A DNA stretch of 62,796 nt, counting the filler, from Collodictyon triciliatum (lineage: Eukaryota): assembly GCA_043381765.1 (NCBI GenBank). It is 13 parts of 13 records of this genome, joined end to end, with 100 filler letters (N's around TTAATTAATTAA, not from the genome) between each part and the next. Parts side by side here need not be neighbours in the genome. Positions count along the whole stretch, not along the records: positions 49,099 to 54,081 come from JBHJMP010005586.1; positions 54,182 to 59,162 come from JBHJMP010005587.1; positions 59,263 to 62,796 come from JBHJMP010005599.1; 10 more parts are not named here. The stretch is one strand, 5' to 3'. Within the stretch, counting starts at the first letter, position 1, and each line of letters begins with the position of its first letter. Positions 54,016-62,796 of this stretch are shown here, one piece after another. A program made the position numbers and the translations under genes. Below the pieces are notes generated by a model. The model saw nothing but the letters and a program-made list of their open reading frames with translations. It had not been told where the DNA came from and searched no databases.

Positions 54016-54198
54016 TGTATGTATGTATGTATGTATGTATGTATGTATGTATGTATGTATGTATGTATGTATGTATGTATGNNNNNNNNNNNNNNNNNNN
54101 NNNNNNNNNNNNNNNNNNNNNNNNNTTAATTAATTAANNNNNNNNNNNNNNNNNNNNNNNNNNNNNNNNNNNNNNNNNNNNCTGCCTTGTGTTGCAGG

Positions 54199-54374
54199 AT
54201 GATGAAGTCAAGGATATTCCTGGCGGTGTCGTGATTGCCTCCGGCTGTCTCTGTATCATTTTCCGTTTCATCAAGGACTTTCCGACGCTCAGCCCCATCA
54301 CTGGTCGCGACCCTCATGCTGAGTCCTCGGTGAATGCCTCTTATGCTCCAAGCAGCGGCTCTGCAGCCGTCTAA
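54199..54374 (+). CDS. Terminal exon of an unidentified gene, cut by contig start
   Basis: Acceptor TTGCAG followed by DDEVKDIPGGVVIASGCLCIIFRFIKDFP...SAAV*. Confidence 0.4.
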
Positions 54375-55913
54375 ACCAAAAAAAAAAAAGGCTCGTTCTG
54401 TCGCCCGACAAATTATACCTGTCTGTCCGCTTCTCTTTTTCCATGTTTTTTTTTTCTTCTCCTTCTTCCATCATTCATGTCCCGTGAACACCACGACGAG
54501 CGAGCCACGACCCTATCTATTCAGTTCCCGCTTGTTTTTGAGCCGAACATTTCCTTCTTTTTTTTTCTTTTCCCTTTCTCTTCTCTTTTTCTCATTCGTC
54601 TCGCCACCGATACCTGCGAAGCAATAAAGTAGAAAAGGATGATCGAATGGAAATGACAAGACTGTTATGATGAAAATCACGCTGTTTCGTGTCTTTTGAA
54701 GTGAGCCTCTGACTTAATCCAACAACAAAAACAAAACGCACTATACAATAATAATAATATTAATAATAATCATAATGATGCTTGGAATCGAATAAAGGGA
54801 AAAATAATACTAATCAGCATCATAATAATTGTAATTTGAATCGAATAAAGGAAAAAAGTATTTGGACAAATAACGTTACACCAAAGTCAAATGTTTCACT
54901 ATTCATCTAAAACTTGAGAAAAAACAACATGAATTATTTGGCTTATCTTGTTTGGACTATAGACACAAATCCAGGTAAAGAACAACACTTTCGTCCCCGC
55001 GCAAGTGAGTCCACAAATCATTCAAATCTTCTTCAACAGCAGTATTATCGGCGAAGGGACTGGAGACACATACACAATCCCTGAATTGTCAACAGAATAT
55101 GTAGGCATATTTGACTCAAGCGAAATAAAATATTTACGTGTAGTTGCATTTTCCATTGATGCATCATTGCGATAGATTTATTCTTCATCAGCCACACAAC
55201 AAACCTATCGGAGACAGAGCCACGTTCTTAAATAAGGTGCTTTGTATAGGTATTCGTTCCACCACCAGCATTACCCGTAAAAATACGCAACACAGTCTTC
55301 TCCAATTATCTCTTCACCCAGTACATCACTCGCGCCAGCGATTCAACCAGCCAGCGGACTTTTCAATTGGATGTCCACGCCACAATCCCTGTGAAGCTCG
55401 CCTCATACGAACGCACTTTTGTTGCAGCACAAACACTGAATCTACCGTGTGGGCGTGTGCAGGACCCAACGAATCCAAGCACTCCACCCAATCGAACACT
55501 TCCGCCGCGTCCTTCGCAGGTCACTAGAACGCGTGGGTTCTCGATTTGAGTTCTGTTGAGACAAGGGGAAAAAAAACAGGCGGATATATTAACAAGCAAA
55601 AGCTGTCGCATACAAAAGGAGTGAACACTCAGACAGCCTTTTTTTTTTTCCCCCTTTCTCAAAATGCCGTTTCATTTTTCTTCAGCAATAAAAGTCATGT
55701 AGTCTTCTTTTACTTTAAACTTTTTTTAAAAGGTGGTTTTTTTATAGAATAGTATCAACAGTCACAATAATGATAACAAAAAATACCAGAATATGTGTGG
55801 TCATAAGAAGATCATATTGTATTGTAATGAATCAATCTCCAACACAGTTTGTTTCGAGTGACATCATTTTTTTTAAAACGTGTAGATTTATTTGCGTTAA
55901 AAGAGCCTTCCAA

Positions 55914-58685
55914 TCACTTTGTAGTTGGTTCAACTACCTTAATTAAACCAGCAATATTGACAAGCTTTTCCCAAGATTCAGCCAACTGCGCAGTAAAATA
56001 GATATTTAGATGATCAGATATGTGTATAAGTTTGGATGCACATCAAATAGTTTTCTTTCTTTCGAAATGATAATTGCAGACTGGGAAAAAAACATTATGA
56101 ATATTTAAAAGGAACTGATAATAATACCAAATAAATAAACAAACAAACAATTCCAATAAATTTTTCTTGTTTCCATATTTCAATGCTAATTTCTGAAAAA
56201 AAAAATAAAGAAAAGAAGAAAGAAACAGCCTTAAAGACAATTTTAGAAAAAATTGACCTGCGATTGATGTGTAACTTGTGATTTGCAGTACTGTTCAAAG
56301 ATTGACTTGAAGTCACCAATTTTGTTTCTTTGAAAATGTTTGTATTCCTCGATGATAATAGCATCGATTCTCTTTTGTTCCAGTCGAGCTTGAATCACAT
56401 CAGACTTCAACTGCAGCCGTTAGATACCAAAGGAAAAGGTAGAAAAGACATTAAAAGAGATTTGAAAGGTTATAATAGTCTTTATATTTACTTAAATTAT
56501 TGCTAGTAAGATTATCACCACAATATTGCATCTTTGAATCGAATAAAAGGAAAAAATCACCACAATATTGCATAAAACAACAAAAATTACTTTCTCGATG
56601 TATTCAGCCTGTGCAAAGTCAGAGCGCGATGACGCTGTTGTTGATGATAAAGTATTGTCTGCATTAGGAGGTTCTTCAGAAGACCGTTTTCCAAATAGTG
56701 ACCAAAACCATCCCTTGCTCTGGTCGGGTTTTTCTGACGGACTCCACTCTTCTGAGGCGGAGGATATGGAAGGATTGGCGTCTCTGCACTTTGCAAATAA
56801 GAAAAGAAACAAAAAAGAAACAAAAAAGAAACAAAAAAGAAACAAAAAAGAAACAAAAAAGAAACAAAAAAGAAACAAAAAAGAAACAAAAAAGAAACAA
56901 GCAATCAACCAGGCAAACAAACCCTGGTTGTGCATCTTCAACTGGCAATATTATATTGTAAGTTTCAAGTTCCTTTTCTAACCGTTCTAGGTGAGCGCAC
57001 GACAAATCCCTTTCACGCAAAATGACCTAGAACGGTTTCAATTCTAAATAACCGAGTGTGTGCAAGTTCGATGGATCAGTTGAAATAAAAATGATGGAAT
57101 TTTAGTTTATATTGAAACCTGAATGGCTTTCATGTGTAGGATGTAATGTTGCAGAGGCTCTGCAAAGGTGTCTCTATCCGAAATGACCTTAGAGTAATGA
57201 TAATAAAATGGTGATTTCAGTTTATCCTGAAAAATATGTGACAGGATTTGAGATGTATATTTTTTTAATTAACTAGGGCGATTTTAACGTTTTCCCCCTC
57301 TTATTATTAAGCAATCCATCATATTGAAGAAAAACCTCGGATTCCATTAATTTGCCGTACTGTTCCATAACCTCACCGGAAAACGAAATGCTTTCGGCGG
57401 TTTCGATTTCAGTATCGCTAAATAAGACGAGGGCAGCTGATAAGTCATGAAGACCTGCGGCCAAATCTGATAGTACGGAACTCATGTTCGTGATGTTGGA
57501 CATCATAATCAAATTCCATATTTCAATTATGCGAGCTGAAAAGCGATCGAAAACAGAAACTTATTTTCATGTCAAAAATATTTCTTTGGGTTCAATAATT
57601 ACTTTTCTTTGCTTTTTGAATATCGTTTGATAATCGCTCCAAGTATAAAACATGAGAACTGAAACCATCAACATATGAATGCAGGTGGTTAAATCTTTCA
57701 TCCTGATTCCTTAGCTTAACAGGTTTTGTAGATTGGCTTTGCTCTGTGTAAAATAGTACTCAATACATGAGTTTACATCAAGTATTTTAATTTACCGTTT
57801 CTGTTCGTGTGATCAATTCTAAATTCAATACCTTTTGGTAGTGGGCCTCTCGCAGTCTTCAAAGTTTCAAATGCCTTTTTTAAAAGTAAAGAAAATTTAA
57901 TACAAAAACAACATCTATGGAAATTTTATAAAAAGGAAATAATGGAAAAACCGGAAAAGAATGTACTGGAAAATAAAGCAATAATTTAGCCTCATTCAAT
58001 CATATATATTTTTTTGTGTTACTGTGATTATATTCCAGAGATGCTAAATAAGAATCTACCCATGATTTGGCCTCCAAAAATATATGAAAGTCCGCAAAAA
58101 TTCTTAATTTTGGATGCTGAGAAACTTTCTGGAGAAACTTTTCAAGCATTCGTTTCCTTTTAGATAGAAAATCAACCGAAAATCTATCTAAATACCCTAC
58201 AATATTCCATTCACATATTAAATAATGAAAAGGAAATCAGCCTAGACTACAAGATGTAAAAACAACAACAACAACAAAAAAATAATTCACTGCAGCATTC
58301 AGGTATTAACATATGTATTTCTAATTTCTTATCTATATTATTACTATTGTTGCGTAAGAATAGAAAAGGACAAACCAGATACGTTTTTTTCCGGGAGCGG
58401 AGGAATGAAAACAGTAGGAAAATTCCTTTGCAAATGTGCTCGAAGCCAGACGAAGTCATTGTACCGCCTCCGAACAATAAACTCCTCCGTGCAAAAGACA
58501 GGCCAGTTTGACTTGGAACCCATATGATTTATTTACGGAAATATGAAAAGAAAATGGCATCAAATTAAAATTATGTCCACAGGACAATTAATAAATGTTA
58601 TGCTACCCACCCTGGTCACCACTTCGTAAGATACATACGAGTTTGAGCCACCAACCATCTCGTGTTTTTCTAATGTTATATTATG
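55914..58685 (-). CDS. Sorting nexin, PX-BAR (SNX4/7/30-like), 5' partial
   Basis: SYVSYEVVTR...FIVRRRYNDFVWLRAHLQRNFPTVFIPPLPEK...DRFSVDFLSKRKRMLEKFLQKVSQHPKL...FLEAK, followed by BAR helices FAEPLQHYI, EEYKHFQRNKIGDFK and ESWEKL. Confidence 0.9.
56514..56573 (+). mobile_element. Family B micro-insertion (24 bp) with perfect 18-bp TSD
   Basis: ATCACCACAATATTGCAT [CTTTGAATCGAATAAAAGGAAAAA] ATCACCACAATATTGCAT. Confidence 0.85.
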
Positions 58686-58720
58686 CTGAATTAAACATAC
58701 AGGAATCACATCCAAGCTTC

Positions 58721-58752
<32 letters not shown>

Positions 58753-58979
58753 CTACAAACTAATAGCACGGAGCTGAGGGATGTAAAAATGACATGGGAC
58801 AATTGAAAAAAAAATTATGGAGAAATCAAAGTGAAGATGAGAAATCAACACTAAACAGGAATAAATAAACAAATATTAGAATCATCTACACAACTTTTGA
58901 ATCGAATAAAGGAAGAAATAATAAGACTTTAATGTAAGACATATAGGATAATCGAAAGTAGAAAAAGACATATATGAAC

Positions 58980-59055
58980 GTGACCATACTATCCATTTTT
59001 TTTTATTCTTCCTTTCAACTTTTGTGCAGGACCGAGGGGTGACCATACTATCCAT
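58980..59055 (-). mobile_element. About 42-bp family A insertion with perfect 17-bp TSD
   Basis: GTGACCATACTATCCAT at 58980-58996 and at 59039-59055. Confidence 0.85.
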
Positions 59056-59543
59056 AATAAAAGATACATAAATGAATCTGAATTTCATGCAAATAGTGAA
59101 TCAACTTTTTTTTTTTTTTTAAAAAAAAAAACACCAACAAGGAACTGACAGATTCATCCAAGNNNNNNNNNNNNNNNNNNNNNNNNNNNNNNNNNNNNNN
59201 NNNNNNTTAATTAATTAANNNNNNNNNNNNNNNNNNNNNNNNNNNNNNNNNNNNNNNNNNNNTCTTTTATCTCTTTCTTTTATCTCTTTCTTTTATCTCT
59301 TTCTTTTATCTCTTTCTTTTATCTCTTTCTTTTATCTCTTTCTTTTATCTCTTTCTTTTATCTCTTTTTCTCTCTTTTACTTTTATCTTTTTTTGATAGT
59401 GGACTTTGGGGTTATTTTGTACCATATTTTCCCTCCCTTTGCTATCATACCTTGTTAAATTGACTCTTATTGCAGACTAAGGTGCTTCTTTCCTAATAAT
59501 CAATATTGTCTGTCAGGTGTCTCAATCTTTACAGCAAGTCACT

Positions 59544-61968
59544 ATGTTCCTACCAAATGACTACCGAAGGAAACAATTCGTTGGTCATCGCGTCGTTTTC
59601 TTCATAATGATTGCGGTGGTTTCCTCGCTAGCTGAATCTTTAGGTATTTGTTGATAAATCATAAAGGCTTTTTAACATCGCCGCACTTTGAATCGAATAA
59701 AGGGGGGAAAATCATAAAGGCTTCCTTCCCAAAAAAAAAGATTCGTAAGCAGGATTATGCACTGTTTAACTTCATTGCCATACTGCTTAAATCAATTATT
59801 TTTATTTATTTTTGCTTAGTTATCCAAAATGCCACGGAAGCTGAGAACTCTGTTAAGAATGATGGGGTGAGGATGATGAATAACGCTGGTATGAGTGTTT
59901 CATATCTACGTGGTAACATTCATATACCTACTCCAAAGCGTCAGTTCAGACTAGCCGAACAAACAAAAAACTCCACAGGTTACCCCCAGAATCATATGTT
60001 ATATTGTATATCTCTTTTTTATAACTCGGTCTTGAACACTTTTGTTTGTGGTTTTTTTTTAACTCTGTGCTTCGTACAGATATGGGTTATTTGCCTTCCC
60101 CAAAATCAAATGACACAAGTTATCATTTTTCTTCAGAAAAACTGACAAACAATACGGAGGAGCATAAATATCCAAATCACTATAACCAACTTAACGGAAC
60201 GAATCCTGATACTGTTTCAAACTCAACACAAATACATGATGATTCATTTAATATTCCTTCAAGAAATATTACAGCACCATTATGTACCCCAGTCAACGAG
60301 ACGAGCATGCATTTTGAGCAACATATAAATAAAACGTTGGAGCCAAAAGGCAATACCAATACCATATCCCCATTCATAGACATCAGAGCTCCGTCTTTTA
60401 CAAACAAAACGACCTTACATGAAAAGTGTGATAGTTCCATGGAAGGAAATCAGGATCATAAAGTTATGAATGGAAGCACCACATGCTCAAAATTTTTGGA
60501 AAACACGAATCACACTATTGAATCGACAATACCCTCTGCAGGAAATGCAACACAAAGTGAAGCATTTGCTTCTCTGAGAAACAATCATACAGCAGAACTG
60601 ATGGACTCTTTTACTATTAGAAATACGTCATTGCTTCGTAACACAACCAGCCACCTAGCGTCAAATCACTCACTAGTTGAGTACCAGAGAACAAATTCAA
60701 CTTTGGAATTACTGACTGGTGATGTCCATGAATCAAACGCAACCAAAAACCATACAGGCTTTTTAATCTCCAACAATACGATGCAACACAACACCACAAA
60801 TAAGCAGACGCCGGGAAGGAACCATACTTTATCCACTAATGAGCCCCACGACCTGTATTCAAATACTACAAAAAGAGACATCAATAATGATAGTCAAAAT
60901 GAAGGTTTGAATAAAAATGATGTGCTGAATGGCCATGAAAATTTGAGAGAAGGAATCACCCAAAGAAATACCTCTGCAACAAACGAGGATTTGGAGCAAA
61001 CCAAAAGCGATAAAGTCAAGAAGAAAGAGACAAGACCAAGAGCTAAGAAACTAGATGGGAATGAAGATGGCATTGCAATAAAGGAGACAAAGCCGGGAAA
61101 CAAAGACGATGATAAGGGAAATAATGAGGAAAACGATATTGAAGGGAATCACATAGACGAAAAAATCGACCCGAATGATGACGAGGCAGACGGAAATGAT
61201 GAGGATAAAGATGGTGATATTTTAGGCAATAATGTCGAACAAGAAAATGACGACGCACAACCGAACGACGGCGATTTTGCTGATAATGAAAACGAGTATG
61301 TTGAGCTAGAAAAAAATGAGCTGCATCAGAATCAACATGATGACCAGGATGTTGGCGAAGGTGATGACTTTGTGGATATGGTTGTTAACCAAAATGATGA
61401 TGACGAGAATAACGGCAATGTTAAGCAGAAAGCTGAAAATCAGAAAGGAGACCAGAAAGGGCCTGGTATAGGTAAATATGAGACGCCTATCATGATGGAA
61501 AAAGCGAACTCCTTACAGAAGCTGAAATTCACCAGTATTTCCCCAGAAAGCGGACCAGAAAACGGCGGGACATACGTTTGGGTAAGTGGCTCAGGGTTTT
61601 TCAGCCAGAAAGGCTTGTTTTGTTGCTTTGGAAAGAACTGTGCGGATGTAGTAATCACAAGTGATAAGAAGGCCAGATGCACCTCACCGCCCAAAGATAA
61701 AGGAGCGACCAACACTGTATCTCTTCGCTTGTGCATAGACAAAGCAGATCGATGTTTAGAGAATTACAAGTCATGGGAGTACACCACACTGCCTGCCCAT
61801 GTGTCAGGGTCTTTAAATACTGAGACCGGGTCTGCCACGGCCTTCTCATCAATGCGTTTGATGGCGGTTGGATCTTTTCTGCTCCTGGTGGGACATACAC
61901 TTTACAAGCGGCAACGCGGCCCTGTCCCACGCGCACATTCAGATACAACTTACCGAAAGGATGAGTAG
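59544..61968 (+). CDS. Type I membrane glycoprotein: signal peptide, N-glycan-rich and acidic stalk, IPT/TIG domain, TM helix; 3 exons
   Basis: Exon 1 contains VVFFIMIAVVSSLAES. Many NxS/T sites and a D/E/N-rich segment follow. FTSISPESGPENGGTYVWVSGSGF...CCFG...RCTSPP is IPT/TIG-like, then LMAVGSFLLLVGHTLYKRQR. Confidence 0.8.
59656..59723 (+). mobile_element. Longest family B insertion (38 bp) with 15-bp TSD
   Basis: AAATCATAAAGGCTT [TTTAACATCGCCGCACTTTGAATCGAATAAAGGGGGGA] AAATCATAAAGGCTT. Confidence 0.8.
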
Positions 61969-62387
61969 CCCAGCACCAAGAAAGACATATTTCCACATGA
62001 GCAATTCATTCTTTTTTCTTTTTTTTTCTTTTTTTCTTTTTTTCTTTTTTTCTTTTTTTCTTTTTTTCTTTTTTTTCTTTTTTTCTTTTTTTCTTTTTTT
62101 CTTTTTTTCTTTTTTTCTTTTTTTCTTTTTTTCTTTTTTCTGCGCCCCTTCCTCACTCTTACGATAAGGTGGATTGTAAGCCAAAAGAAAAAAATTAGCT
62201 TCCACTTGTCGAAGGAAGAATAAATGCTAACTGATGTCTACGCATAAGAAAAGGATGCATGCGTTTTATTTATCTTCATTGGTTTCTTTGCAGTGTGTAA
62301 ATCCACAAAATGGATTGAAAATGTGAAGCATAGCTGCAAGTATTTCAATATTGTATCTTACATTTTAAACGTGTGCAAGGATATTAT

Positions 62388-62661
62388 TTACTCCACGAAT
62401 CCCTTGTCTCGCCTAGTGCGAGCATTTCGTAAGAAAAAATGTATTAAAAAAAAAAGGAGGGACGCAATACCCCACATATCCACTCTATCGTGAGAGCTCC
62501 ATAGTAATTAACTATGCCCATACGAGTGAGAAGAGACGACGCAACAAACCTGTCCCTCCAATACGAATGATTTTCGTCTAATTGATTCACCATCTCCAAG
62601 TCAGAACTGGAAATACTGCTCCAGACTTCAAAGAGCGGTCGACATACAACAGTGAGGAATC
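62388..62661 (-). CDS. 3' end of a class I cyclic nucleotide phosphodiesterase
   Basis: Exon 62661-62550 reads GFLTVVCRPLFEVWSSI...MVNQLDENHSYWRDR, matching the PDE (Q)xGFI...PLF..W...L..N...W terminus. The last exon reads RDKGFVE*. Confidence 0.7.
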
Positions 62662-62717
62662 CTGCTCGAAACCAGTATGTTGAGAAAAAGCGCGGTGCTT
62701 TCATCCGATAGAGTGGG

Positions 62718-62762
<45 letters not shown>

Positions 62763-62796
62763 TGTGATATTATATTTTTTAATAAATTCGTGTTGT

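Noticed and set aside
54960-55550. Coding-like intergenic stretch
   Set aside because: Stops in all frames and no motif I could recognise; left unannotated.

Overview
Eukaryotic genomic DNA, probably from a flagellated protist (inferred from intron-dense genes with AT-rich introns, abundant microsatellites and an axonemal dynein assembly factor). The window is an artificial concatenation of 13 contigs, most about 4.98-4.99 kb, joined by 12 N-TTAATTAATTAA-N linkers, so gene neighbourhoods across linkers have no biological meaning. Splicing the exons by hand gives NOL10/ENP2, a cyclic-nucleotide-binding channel C-terminus, a secreted DUF1028/Ntn-like protein, an SLC38/AVT-type amino acid transporter, a CH-domain/EF-hand-like protein, DNAAF4/DYX1C1, a METTL21-like methyltransferase, a hotdog thioesterase, NADP-IDH, BLOC1S5/muted, a two-domain membrane adenylyl cyclase, a PX-BAR sorting nexin, an IPT/TIG glycoprotein and a PDE 3' end, plus many retroelement remnants. 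The main points of interest are: (1) a decayed N-terminal half of a Fanzor1-like (eukaryotic TnpB/Cas12-related) ORF; (2) two families of very short (about 24-60 bp) A-tailed insertions with 15-18 bp target-site duplications; (3) a U12-type AT-AC intron in DNAAF4; (4) a 6-nt, and possibly a 4-nt, micro-exon in the thioesterase; (5) an adenylyl cyclase whose catalytic domains appear to be in C2-like then C1-like order. All family assignments come from motifs recognised by eye, not from database searches.
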